Part shown: one piece after another, positions 18,583 to 27,272 of the stretch | Layout: every line of letters begins with the position of its first letter | How positions within the stretch are numbered: position 1 is the first letter of the stretch | Assembly: GCA_016180815.1 (NCBI GenBank) | Contig: JACPAN010000004.1 | Location: 44,358-108,357 of the forward strand | From: Elusimicrobiota bacterium | GTDB lineage: Bacteria > Elusimicrobiota > Elusimicrobia > JACQPE01 | DNA: 64,000 nucleotides | Direction: 5' to 3' | The notes under the pieces: model-generated | What the model saw: the letters and a program-made list of their open reading frames with translations, nothing else | Told to the model about the DNA's origin: nothing | Databases searched by the model: none | Translations under genes and position numbers: made by a program

Positions 18583-19737
18583 TTACCGGCTCAGCGCAGG
18601 CGCTTTATGAGCCTGTTTTTTTTTGGCATTGCCCTCGGTTTCGTCGATGAAACGATGCTTCAATTTGTCCATCACCTTAGGCATCGTGGTGTATTCCATG
18701 GCTTCCAAGCCCAAACGATGAGGCTGAAACGGCCCATGGCGGCGCATATAATCCGCGACTTTCCAAGCCGTGTTCCTGGTCAAGTCAAAAGCCGGATCGC
18801 GGAAAAAGTCCACAGGACCCTCAAGACGGCCTTTGTTCAACTGAAATCCCGCGCAAATGACGCGCGGCGGCCCGTCGAAACGGGTCGGGCGGGCGTCTTC
18901 GAAGGCGACAGGCACCAGAGGCCCATGATGGGAACCCCGGGTCCAGCCTTCAACCAAATGCGGGAAGGCGAAAGGTTCCAGGACCTCGCCCACAGCCGGG
19001 AATCCAGCCTGAGCGCGCACAGCCAACACAGGGTCATCCTTGCCCACGTATTGTCCGGCGATATGGGAGAGCTTATCCGTGGAAGCCACGGCCGCAATTT
19101 CATTGTCCGAACGGCGGTAAACGGCCTTGACCATATAACGATCGATGGTGCCCAGAAACAGCAACAGATCGTAGGATTCCTCCGGGGTATTGAGTTTGAT
19201 GGTTTTGTTTTCTTCGACATCCAACACTTCGAAGGTAAAGCCTCCGTGGGCGGCCGGATCGATCACCAAGCCGGGGCTGCAGAAAGGATCCGCGAACATT
19301 CGATAGACGGGCAGATTCCAAGCGCCCGGAGATGTTTTATCCGCCATGAAAATCAACACAGGCTCGCTTTTTCTCTCGGAAAATTCCATTTCCGCTACGC
19401 CGGGGCCGAGGCCTTTGATATTGCCCGAAAAAGCGTCGGAGAGCAAATCCTGCCCCGCGCCATAGAGCTTTAATTCTTTGGCCACATCCGTGCATTTATG
19501 GAACGTATCCCAGGCCAATGCATGGACCGCGTCGTTGGAAACGCCTTTGCCGTGCGTCATGATCAACTCAAGATCATCGCCGCAGGCCAAAACGCAAAAA
19601 TCCGTCAACAGCCCGTCTTTTTTTGCCTTGCTCATCTCCTCCTGGGCCCGCTCGAGCAACCGGGGGTGAGAACACGAATGACCGACATAGCCGCCGACGT
19701 CGGCCTTAATAACGCTTAACGTCACCTTGTCTGACAT
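18583..19737 (-). CDS. fbp: Fructose-1,6-bisphosphate aldolase/phosphatase (class V FBPase)
   Basis: LSVIKADVGG, LYGAGQDLLSDAFSGN, YVGKDDP, GWTRGSH, FDGPPRV, RRHGPFQPHRL, MEYTT. Confidence 0.95.
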   Translation of the reverse strand: MSDKVTLSVIKADVGGYVGHSCSHPRLLERAQEEMSKAKKDGLLTDFCVLACGDDLELIMTHGKGVSNDAVHALAWDTFHKCTDVAKELKLYGAGQDLLSDAFSGNIKGLGPGVAEMEFSERKSEPVLIFMADKTSPGAWNLPVYRMFADPFCSPGLVIDPAAHGGFTFEVLDVEENKTIKLNTPEESYDLLLFLGTIDRYMVKAVYRRSDNEIAAVASTDKLSHIAGQYVGKDDPVLAVRAQAGFPAVGEVLEPFAFPHLVEGWTRGSHHGPLVPVAFEDARPTRFDGPPRVICAGFQLNKGRLEGPVDFFRDPAFDLTRNTAWKVADYMRRHGPFQPHRLGLEAMEYTTMPKVMDKLKHRFIDETEGNAKKKQAHKAPALSR

Positions 19738-19781
19738 TGATTTTTTCCTCCTTACATCCTAATCCTACGCGTTGCGCCTCG

Positions 19782-20600
19782 CTAGAGACTCCCGCCTTGA
19801 GAAACAATCATCATCTCCGTGGCGAAAGCCGCTACAAATCCTATCAAAAGCCCAACCTCGACAAGCGCCTCTCCTTTGAGACGGCGGCCTAAGTGAAGCA
19901 ATTCCCCGATTATATAAAGGATGGCGCCGGCGGCGACAGCCATAAAAAACGTTTCCAACATTTTATTCACCCAAACCCCGCCCAATAACGCTCCGATAAA
20001 AGTCGGCAAACCGCCGATGAGTCCGAGACCCATTAGGTAGCGGAAACCGGGAGAATGGCCGGCCATGGGCGCTGCAATGCCGAAACCTTCTGTGGCGTTA
20101 TGAAGACCAAAACCCAAAGCCAACAAAAGCGCGAAGTTCTGTTCACCCCATGCATATTGGGCTCCGATCACCAATCCTTCGGTCAGATTGTGCAGTCCAA
20201 TGCCGATGGCGATGAACAGGGCCGTCCGGCGCGCCCGCATCATGGGCAGGATTTCGTCCTTGCCCTGTTTGATGAAGCGGCCCTCGAAATAAACAAGCCC
20301 CAGCAGGCCGGCGGCCAATCCTGCGATGAACAGAAACGAGTAAAGCCAAAAATCGCCCCAGGTCGGGTAATCCGCCATGGAGGAAGCCAACAAATCCTCC
20401 AACTCATCCAATGTTTTGGCGCAAATTTCAACGAATAGATAGATTAAGATGCCGGTGGAAATCGACGTCAACAGTGAACGATGCCGTTCCTTGACGCCGG
20501 AGGCGAAGGCAATGGGCAAACCGGCAAAAATCGCACCCCCGGCCAAAAGACCCAAAATCGCGGGTGTCGCCAACACGGTCAGAAGTTTATAAAAGTACAA
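19782..20600 (-). CDS. ZIP family metal transporter
   Basis: IGLHNLTEGL and GLHNATEGFGI motifs; multiple TM helices. Confidence 0.9.
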   Translation of the reverse strand: MYFYKLLTVLATPAILGLLAGGAIFAGLPIAFASGVKERHRSLLTSISTGILIYLFVEICAKTLDELEDLLASSMADYPTWGDFWLYSFLFIAGLAAGLLGLVYFEGRFIKQGKDEILPMMRARRTALFIAIGIGLHNLTEGLVIGAQYAWGEQNFALLLALGFGLHNATEGFGIAAPMAGHSPGFRYLMGLGLIGGLPTFIGALLGGVWVNKMLETFFMAVAAGAILYIIGELLHLGRRLKGEALVEVGLLIGFVAAFATEMMIVSQGGSL

Positions 20601-20643
20601 GGCGCAAAGGGCTTATGGCGCGGGCCGGGCCCCATTCTCTTAT

Positions 20644-20716
20644 GGGTACGTAGCTCAACGGTTAGAGCACTCGCCTTACACGCGAGGGGTTGTAGGTTCG
20701 AATCCTACCGTACCCA
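20644..20716 (+). tRNA. tRNA-Val(TAC)
   Basis: GGGTACGTAGCTCAACGGTTAGAGCA-CTCGC-CTTACAC-GCGAG-GGGTTGTAGGTTCGAATCCTACCGTACCCA. Confidence 0.95.
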
Positions 20717-20787
20717 TTTCAGCGCTCACGCGCGGAAAAAATGAATAATGCCAGACAGCCGAACGTTGGGATCCATATAAGCCGGTC

Positions 20788-21684
20788 ATGTCCTTAAAGA
20801 ATCGGATTAAAAATATTTTGCCGGATTCTGCGCTCAATGCCTGGCGCCGGGCCAAGAAAAACGCCTTCGAGGCCTACCTGAACTGCCTTCCCCGTCTCAC
20901 GGAATCGGATGTCCGGGCTCTTCTTCAAGAAGTCATGGGTATTCAACCCGGCGACGCCGTGATCGTAACCAGCTCCATTAAAGCCCTGCGCCTCGCATTC
21001 GCCCCCGAACGCTTGTTGGAAATCCTTGAAGAGATCGTCGGACCGTCGGGCACGATCGCCATGCATTCATTCTCGCAGCCGCCGTCGCGTGAATTTTTGA
21101 GAAGCGGCCGGGTGTTTGATGTCAAGAATACGCCCTCGTCCACGGGTTTGCTGACCGAACTTTTTCGCCGGCGGCCCGGCGCCGTGCGCAGCCTCCACCC
21201 CATCAAAGCCGCTTGCGCCAAAGGGCCTTTGGCCGCGGAACTAACCAAAGACCATCACAAATCCATCCGGCCCTTCGATGCAACCAGCCCCTACTATAAA
21301 TTGGTCGAGGCCCGCGCCAAGAGCGTCGGTCTGGGCGTGGACTCCGACACCATGATCGTGATTCATTGCGTCGAAGACTGCCTGAAGGAAGCGTTCCCCG
21401 TGGATCTTTACGAACCCGAAGTGTTCGAGGCCGTTTGCATCGATTATGAAGGCCGGCCTGTCCGGGTCAAAACCCTGGCGCATTCGAGGACCGCCACGCT
21501 TCATGATACGCCGGGCTTCGGCCGGCGCTACCTCAACGGCGTGATGAAAGATTTTCGCTACAAGCTCGTCCCGTGCTTCGTCGCGGACACGCAGCGCGTC
21601 TTCGAAGGAATGCTCGCTTGCGCGCGCCGCGGCATCACCATCTACCCTCAATCCTGCTATAAAGAAACGTTCAAGAATTCATGA
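20788..21684 (+). CDS. AAC(3)-family N-acetyltransferase
   Basis: GIQPGDAVIV.SS, VGPSGTIAM, FDVKNTPSSTGLLTELFRRRPGAVRSLHP, IHCVE. Confidence 0.85.
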   Translation: MSLKNRIKNILPDSALNAWRRAKKNAFEAYLNCLPRLTESDVRALLQEVMGIQPGDAVIVTSSIKALRLAFAPERLLEILEEIVGPSGTIAMHSFSQPPSREFLRSGRVFDVKNTPSSTGLLTELFRRRPGAVRSLHPIKAACAKGPLAAELTKDHHKSIRPFDATSPYYKLVEARAKSVGLGVDSDTMIVIHCVEDCLKEAFPVDLYEPEVFEAVCIDYEGRPVRVKTLAHSRTATLHDTPGFGRRYLNGVMKDFRYKLVPCFVADTQRVFEGMLACARRGITIYPQSCYKETFKNS

Positions 21685-22814
21685 AGCTCGGCCTCATCCT
21701 CAGCAATGACTGGGAAGTATTCGGCGACGGCTCCGGCGATTTCTTCAACATCCAATACGAGCCAACCGAGCAGCTGCTCGATGTCTGCCAAAATCACGAC
21801 GCAAAACTGACGCTCATGGCCGAGGTCGGCTATTATTGGGCGCACGAGCGCCATCAAGACGCCGTCCCCGGCGCCGGCGAAATCTTGGCGGCTTGGCGCG
21901 AACAGGTCCGAAACGCCGTGGCCCGCGGCCACGATGCCCAACTCCATCTGCATCCTCAATGGCTGGCGGCCCGGTATGCGGATGGCCGCTGGCGGCTCGA
22001 TTTTAGCCGCTGGTCCTTGTCCGCTTTACCCTACGAAGAACAAAAAACGCATCTTGATCGCGGGCGCGCGCTGCTTGAGGGCATCGGCAAACCCGCGCGA
22101 GCCTCCTACCGCTGTCTGGCCTATCGCGCCGGCGGCTACGCCATGGAACCGCCGCAGGACATTGTGCGGGCGCTGGCGGCCAGCGGCATCCTGGCCGATT
22201 CTTCGGTGCGCAAGAAGGACCGCATGAACGCGGCGCATGGCAGCTATGATTATCGGTCGGCTTACAGCTGGGCCGTTCCTTGGTATGTCGATGAACGTGA
22301 CATGAATCGGCCGCAGCAATCGGGACAAAAAAAACTGCTGCTGGAAATTCCTATCTACGGAGAAGCCGGCTGGTCGCCATGGCGCCAAATCAAAAGACGG
22401 CTCTTTTGCCCCTCCTCGGAACGCCTCCATCAGCAACAACGCCGGGTTAAAGACGCCCCCGCCTCTTCGCCCGATCTCATCGAGGCGCTCGAGCGCCGCC
22501 GGCAAAGCCTGTTTTGGAAAATTTGGACGCACCTGACATCAACAACGCCGATTTTTCTCGACTACATTTTTGTCGCGCCCACGGAATTGACCTGGATGCT
22601 CAATCAACTCCACCGGCGTTACGCCGAATTCGAGGGGATTCTTCCGGTGATGAGCATCGGGCACGTCAAAAACATGCGCTCAGCCGGCGATGTGGGCGTT
22701 TTCCTGGAAAAATCTAAAAAAGCGCTGGGCTCCGAATTGCTTTTTTGGAGCTACCAGGAGGCCGTGGAATACCTTCTGGCCAATCCCCGGATTCTGGACT
22801 TGCCGCCCGATTAG
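21681..22814 (+). CDS. Polysaccharide deacetylase-like protein
   Basis: LSNDWEVFGDGSG, GHDAQLHLHPQW, AYRAGGY, DSSV; ATGA overlap with AAC(3) gene. Confidence 0.75.
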   Translation: MKLGLILSNDWEVFGDGSGDFFNIQYEPTEQLLDVCQNHDAKLTLMAEVGYYWAHERHQDAVPGAGEILAAWREQVRNAVARGHDAQLHLHPQWLAARYADGRWRLDFSRWSLSALPYEEQKTHLDRGRALLEGIGKPARASYRCLAYRAGGYAMEPPQDIVRALAASGILADSSVRKKDRMNAAHGSYDYRSAYSWAVPWYVDERDMNRPQQSGQKKLLLEIPIYGEAGWSPWRQIKRRLFCPSSERLHQQQRRVKDAPASSPDLIEALERRRQSLFWKIWTHLTSTTPIFLDYIFVAPTELTWMLNQLHRRYAEFEGILPVMSIGHVKNMRSAGDVGVFLEKSKKALGSELLFWSYQEAVEYLLANPRILDLPPD

Positions 22815-22815
22815 T

Positions 22816-23487
22816 CTATTTCTTCTTCAAAAAGTCTTTCAATAAATCAGCCGCCGCGTCCCGGCCGCCCAGACCGAAGGCGATAGCCACGGCCAGGCCG
22901 ATGGTCCCCAGGATGATCTGGAAGCTCGATGCCAATAACTCGGTGTTGATGCCCAGGTGCTCCAGGGCCATGAGCGCGGTAAAAATAATGACCACGACAT
23001 TGGCCAGCTTGGCCAAACCCTGGCCGCCCTTAATGCTGTTGGAAACCGCGGCATTGCTGACGATTTGGGCCATAAAATGCCCCAGCGCCAACCCGCCGAA
23101 CACGATCAAAATACTGGCGATCAATTTCGGGATGAACAACACAAAGTATTCCAACAGTTCCGAAACCACGGTCAACTCAACGACATTGGCCGCGGAAACA
23201 ATGAAAACGAGAACAACCAGCCAATAGATAAGAAAACCGAACACAAATGAAGGCGAACGCCCGAATCCGACGCGGGCTAGAATCTCATTGAAACCCACCT
23301 TGTCGGTGTATTCGTCCAGGCGCACCATGCCCAAGAGCCGCTCCACCGTGGCCCTCAACGCCCGGCCCAGCATGAAGCCGATCAACAGCAGGATCAGCGC
23401 CGCCACAACGCCCGGCAGCGTTGCCACCACTCTGCTCCAGAAATTCAAAAACGGATCGGATACGATTTTCAACCACTCTGTCGCCAT
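22816..23487 (-). CDS. TM-helix-repeat membrane protein (CmpX/MscS-associated type)
   Basis: LPGVVAALILL, FIPKLIASILI, AIAFGLGGRDAA. Confidence 0.8.
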   Translation of the reverse strand: MATEWLKIVSDPFLNFWSRVVATLPGVVAALILLLIGFMLGRALRATVERLLGMVRLDEYTDKVGFNEILARVGFGRSPSFVFGFLIYWLVVLVFIVSAANVVELTVVSELLEYFVLFIPKLIASILIVFGGLALGHFMAQIVSNAAVSNSIKGGQGLAKLANVVVIIFTALMALEHLGINTELLASSFQIILGTIGLAVAIAFGLGGRDAAADLLKDFLKKK

Positions 23488-23588
23488 AAATTCCCTCCCC
23501 ACGCTAAAAATACACCAACGTTTTCAACGCTAACAGAACTTCTTTATTTTGGCAAGGGCTTTTTTAAAAATTCGAAGCGCGCTGCTTG

Positions 23589-23629
23589 GGGTCCGTTAAG
23601 GAATTAATGATCAATTCCTTAACGGACCC
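23589..23629. repeat. 17-bp perfect inverted repeat, IS-end/MITE-like
   Basis: GGGTCCGTTAAGGAATT-aatgatc-AATTCCTTAACGGACCC; left 24 nt recur at 39183. Confidence 0.8.
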
Positions 23630-24483
23630 TTAGAGGGCTTGATTTTGAAAACGTCGGCCGCATTGTCATGGAAAACGGCCCGCCAATGCTGCTTGGGGAT
23701 GGCCCGCTTAACAGCCTCGATGGAGGAAGCCATGTCCGAAAGCGGCCAATCGGAACCGAACATGAGCTTGGAAGGATTCTCCAAATAGCCGAATACCCAG
23801 GCCAACGGACGCACCAGGTATTCATCGACGGTTTCACGGGGCAGCTCGTTTAAGCGGCCGATCAACAAAGCCGAACTGTCCAAGTAAACATTGGGGTTTT
23901 TATAAGCCACTTCGGCGGCAGATTGTATCCACGGATTCCCGCAATGGGCCAGCACAAAATTCACCTTAGGATGATCCACCGCCACCTCATCGATGGTCAA
24001 GGGATCGGCATATTTGAGCTTGCCCCGGGCCTCGTAAGTGTCGCCGGTGTGAAAAACAACGGGGACATCGTACGTTTCCGCCAAGCGGTAAACGGGATCG
24101 TAAATGGGATCATGGGCATAACGGTAAACGTAGCCCAAATAAATCTTGACGCAGGCGTATCGCCCCGAACGCAACCCGGCTTCCAGACGCGCTGCGTCCA
24201 CGGCATCCCTGATGCCCGCGCAATGGACGACGCCGTGCTCGCGCAAATCCGCATAGCCCTTTTCGTATTCATCCGTATGCGCCACCGCGCCCACGACCCC
24301 GGCCTTGCCCATCTCCTGCAGGTATTGCTCGCGGGTAAAAAGAATACCGCTGGCGGCTTCCGGCTTGCCGTCGAAATCCGCATGGGTATGCGCGTCGATG
24401 ACGGCCAAGGGAGCAGGGTTGCGGCCCATCGAAGCGCAGGCCGAAAGCCCCAGCAACAAACCAAACGCGGATAATTGACGCAT
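23611..24483 (-). CDS. Amidohydrolase_2 family protein (predicted lipoprotein)
   Basis: LSAC lipobox; IDAHTH, VVFHTG, LAHCGNPW, NVYLDSS, LMFGSDWP. Confidence 0.9.
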   Translation of the reverse strand: MRQLSAFGLLLGLSACASMGRNPAPLAVIDAHTHADFDGKPEAASGILFTREQYLQEMGKAGVVGAVAHTDEYEKGYADLREHGVVHCAGIRDAVDAARLEAGLRSGRYACVKIYLGYVYRYAHDPIYDPVYRLAETYDVPVVFHTGDTYEARGKLKYADPLTIDEVAVDHPKVNFVLAHCGNPWIQSAAEVAYKNPNVYLDSSALLIGRLNELPRETVDEYLVRPLAWVFGYLENPSKLMFGSDWPLSDMASSIEAVKRAIPKQHWRAVFHDNAADVFKIKPSKGPLRN

Positions 24484-24592
24484 AAAAATAACGGGTATCG
24501 AAGAGCCTCATTCTACCAACCTTGTTCCCGCATGTGAGCAAACTCACATCGACAAAATACGCGCCCGGATCAATACTTAATGGTTTATCACA

Positions 24593-25348
24593 ATGGATAC
24601 AAACAAACGAAACCAACGCCATGAACGGCCCAGCATCCTGATCGTTGATGATGATGTGACGATCTGCCAATGGCTGTCGCTCGGCCTGGAAGTGCACGGC
24701 ATTGAGTCGGCCTTTGCCGGGGACGCGTTTTCAGCCATGCACTTTTGCAAAAAATTTCATCCTGACCTGGTTGTCCTCGATCTGCATTTAGGGGATCACG
24801 CCATCAGCGGAACCGAGGTTCTTTGGGGGATTAAAAACGACCCGGAACTGGCCTCCACCGTGGTGCTGATCTTTACAGGGTGCGCGGACGAAGAGGTCCA
24901 GCGCCTCTGCATGGATGAGATCGGCGCCGACGGGTATTTGATCAAAGGCGCCACGAAAACATCCGATTTGATTCAAGCCGTCGACAAATGGCTGCGCCGC
25001 ATCAAGGTCCGGGGCGCGGCCCAGGAGATTTCAGGCGGACCGGTGCGCGTCAATTTATCCCAGAGCCGGGCTTATTTGGGAGAACAGACCCTGCCGTTAA
25101 CCCCTCGCGAGTTTAATGTTCTGGCGTTGACGATACGCAAAAAAGCGCTGGTTCCCTGGGCCACGCTGGCCGGCCGGCTTTTTAAGATGGGCAAACGCTA
25201 TCAATATCAAGCCGCGGCTGATCCGGTTGAGACCTGTTTAAGACACCTGCGGGCCAAGCTTGGTCCTGAATCCGAACGCTTGGTCACGGTGCCGGGCGTC
25301 GGGGTCGTGTGGGTGGGCGATTTATCCGACATCGCCGCTCTGGGATAA
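24593..25348 (+). CDS. OmpR-type response regulator
   Basis: ILIVDDD, DLVVLDL receiver; LTPREFNVL...LRHLRAKLG...TVPGVG winged helix. Confidence 0.9.
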   Translation: MDTNKRNQRHERPSILIVDDDVTICQWLSLGLEVHGIESAFAGDAFSAMHFCKKFHPDLVVLDLHLGDHAISGTEVLWGIKNDPELASTVVLIFTGCADEEVQRLCMDEIGADGYLIKGATKTSDLIQAVDKWLRRIKVRGAAQEISGGPVRVNLSQSRAYLGEQTLPLTPREFNVLALTIRKKALVPWATLAGRLFKMGKRYQYQAAADPVETCLRHLRAKLGPESERLVTVPGVGVVWVGDLSDIAALG

Positions 25349-25352
25349 AATC

Positions 25353-26147
25353 CTACCCCCCCTGTTCTTCAGGAGATTCCTTAAGCAACAGCCTGCGGCA
25401 CGGGCGCAAAGCCCGCGGCCATTCGGGCTCCTCTTCCTCGACCTGCTCAATGCGCTCTTCAAGCGAGCCGTGGGTTTCGTCTTCATGCCCCAAGCCTAAT
25501 GCCTCGATCCAATCTTCCATATGCTCGAAGAAAGCCGGGGCGGCATCACGGTTAAAATCAGCGCGCTCCATGATTTCCCGGCCCCTTAAATCCGCGGCCC
25601 GCTCCAGACATTTCGTGAATACTTCCCCTCGTTCCCGCAGCATGGCTTCACGCAACCGCTCGTACGCGGCCGGGTCCCTTTCCCGATGATCCCGATACTC
25701 CCGTCGAAACCACCGCCAAAACCGCCCCAGTTGAAATCTGTAAAAACGGTCCTGCCGGTCGCCCAAATGCGCCATTTCATGGGCGATAACGAAGGCGATT
25801 TCATCGCGGCTGCAGGCAATTCTTTTCAGCGCGCGGCCGATGCGGATCCTGGGCCGATGCGAAGCGTTGTGCGGAGAGTTCACATAAACCGCCAAGGCCG
25901 GTGAGCTGCCGGACCCGGGCCAACTGGCGTATTCTTCATCCGGAAGATAGTCCAGCCGCAACCTGTTGCGAAAGGCGATGCCGTAACCCGAACGATCCTT
26001 GACCTGCTCGAACACCTCGGCGAGAACATCGCCGAATGAGTCGCCCCAATCCGCGCAAGCAGGCAAACTTGCGCCGGGATTCTCAATCGCCCGGGCAACG
26101 GTAGCCGTTAAAAACCACAACGTCGCCACAGCCGAATAAGGCCGCAT
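25353..26147 (-). CDS. M48 family metallopeptidase
   Basis: EIAFVIAHEMAH, ERAAD, THGSLEERI; signal peptide. Confidence 0.85.
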   Translation of the reverse strand: MRPYSAVATLWFLTATVARAIENPGASLPACADWGDSFGDVLAEVFEQVKDRSGYGIAFRNRLRLDYLPDEEYASWPGSGSSPALAVYVNSPHNASHRPRIRIGRALKRIACSRDEIAFVIAHEMAHLGDRQDRFYRFQLGRFWRWFRREYRDHRERDPAAYERLREAMLRERGEVFTKCLERAADLRGREIMERADFNRDAAPAFFEHMEDWIEALGLGHEDETHGSLEERIEQVEEEEPEWPRALRPCRRLLLKESPEEQGG

Positions 26148-26218
26148 GCTGAAAGCTTAAGGTGAATTCGCCGCCGGAGCAAGAGGAGGCCCTGTCCAGC
26201 CCTATTTTGTTCTCATGC

Positions 26219-26235
26219 CGATCGCTGAAACGATC
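26219..26235. repeat. 17-bp direct repeat, left boundary of AT-rich cassette
   Basis: CGATCGCTGAAACGATC vs CGATCGCTAAAACGATC at 27983..27999 (16/17). Confidence 0.75.
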
Positions 26236-26239
26236 AGTA

Positions 26240-27040
26240 TTAAGTCAAGCTAGACTGAAACTCTGACGCTGTCTCTGGGCTTTTCAAAAAAGGAGCAAAA
26301 GGTTCGATTCTGCGTAAAAAATCGTCATCGTCCTCCATATAATATGCGGTGACGAATCTAAACGGTTGATTCTTCTTCCCTCTAACAATAACAAGAAAAT
26401 AATTATTTATAGGTCCGCTCGCCGTTGGAACCACCATTACCATTGCATAAGCATAAGTTACCCAACTTTCCTCAGCTAACCTATATACTTCTTTGGAATT
26501 TTCAATTGCATAGCGTATCCAAGGAAGCCGCTTTGCTCGATGGACAAGAAAATTTTCTGGTAGCATGACATGTTTTCCATCGGACGCTTTTTCTTTATAA
26601 AGATGCCTCATCCCGTCTTCATCTATAACCACTTTTCTTTTATAAATATCCATCACTTCCCCTATGACACTTTTTTCATAGTAATCTAGGGCGACGGTTT
26701 CATTAATAGGTGGGCCCATAAATTGAGTTAGAAGAGGGTTCAACTTGACATCGCAATGATGAACGGCTTCCATATGAAATTTGAGTAATCCTAATGCCCC
26801 AATAACATCCCGACGTTTTAATTGCTGTTTATTGATTCTCTCTTGGCGATGATGAAGCATGCGCATAGCATCGGAAAAAACCGGCACTGCTATCCGAAGA
26901 TTCGGGCGAGATAATTGGGATAACAAATGCAAATGCCTAACTAATATGGCTAAATATGCCTCGTCATAGGCTCCGTCTGGACGCTGGCCTCTTTCCAATA
27001 AGGAGCCGGTAAGTTTAGATATATGCTCTTTGTTGTTCAT
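26240..27040 (-). CDS. Putative BECR-fold (PBECR-like) ribonuclease toxin
   Basis: AT-rich ORF; C-terminal ...MRHLY...HRAKRLPWIRYAIENSKEVY...YFLVIVR...FRFVTAYY resembles PBECR nucleases (by eye). Confidence 0.55.
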   Translation of the reverse strand: MNNKEHISKLTGSLLERGQRPDGAYDEAYLAILVRHLHLLSQLSRPNLRIAVPVFSDAMRMLHHRQERINKQQLKRRDVIGALGLLKFHMEAVHHCDVKLNPLLTQFMGPPINETVALDYYEKSVIGEVMDIYKRKVVIDEDGMRHLYKEKASDGKHVMLPENFLVHRAKRLPWIRYAIENSKEVYRLAEESWVTYAYAMVMVVPTASGPINNYFLVIVRGKKNQPFRFVTAYYMEDDDDFLRRIEPFAPFLKSPETASEFQSSLT

Positions 27041-27055
27041 AAACTACCAAGCTCT

Positions 27056-27080
27056 AAAAAAAAACCCACTTTCGTGGGTC
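27056..27080 (-). terminator. Intrinsic terminator 15 nt upstream of the 27040 start codon
   Basis: GACCCAC-GAAA-GTGGG followed by T9 on the minus strand. Confidence 0.9.
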
Positions 27081-27175
27081 AAAAAAATTTGTCGGCGTTG
27101 CTTACGAGAGGTAGTGCCCCCAGACCAACCCCGCCGACTGAGTCCTAAGGATAGTCTCTCTCGTAATCTAAGATT
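27056..27175 (-). ncRNA. Predicted ~120-nt pseudoknotted small RNA (candidate antitoxin or leader)
   Basis: Lies between promoter and terminator; 9-bp stem (27158-66/27102-10), 6-bp stem (27152-57/27122-27), loop GUCGGCG (27132-38) complementary to 3' CGCCGAC (27091-97). Confidence 0.65.
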
Positions 27176-27181
27176 GTTTCT

Positions 27182-27210
27182 ATTCTAGCTGATATCCCGC
27201 GTACGATCAA
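27182..27210 (-). promoter_or_regulatory. sigma70 promoter
   Basis: -35 TTGATC (27210..27205), 17-bp spacer, -10 TAGAAT (27187..27182). Confidence 0.75.
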
Positions 27211-27272
27211 GTAGGGTTTCCAAAAAAATTGTGGGGGCGGGACATTGGCATCGCGCAGAGTTATTTCGTGTT

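Noticed and set aside
18607..19473. Long antisense ORFs (also 2177..2935, 6420..7184, 33671..34393, 49128..49874, 54929..55792)
   Set aside because: Shadow frames opposite well-supported genes in GC-rich DNA; no recognisable motifs.
20788..21684. Bona fide aminoglycoside resistance gene aac(3)
   Set aside because: Family motifs only; context is a deacetylase partner with no mobile resistance features, so substrate cannot be assigned.
27091..27166. HDV-like/theta ribozyme reading of the pseudoknotted RNA
   Set aside because: The P1/P2 crossing order is similar, but I could not build a 3-bp P3 with a ~7-nt loop, a P1.1, or the C-N-R-A linker before the final strand.
27056..27175. Canonical ToxIN-type tandem repeat array or mini-CRISPR
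   Set aside because: No tandem direct repeats; the apparent repeats are inverted (pairing) segments, and there are no cas genes.
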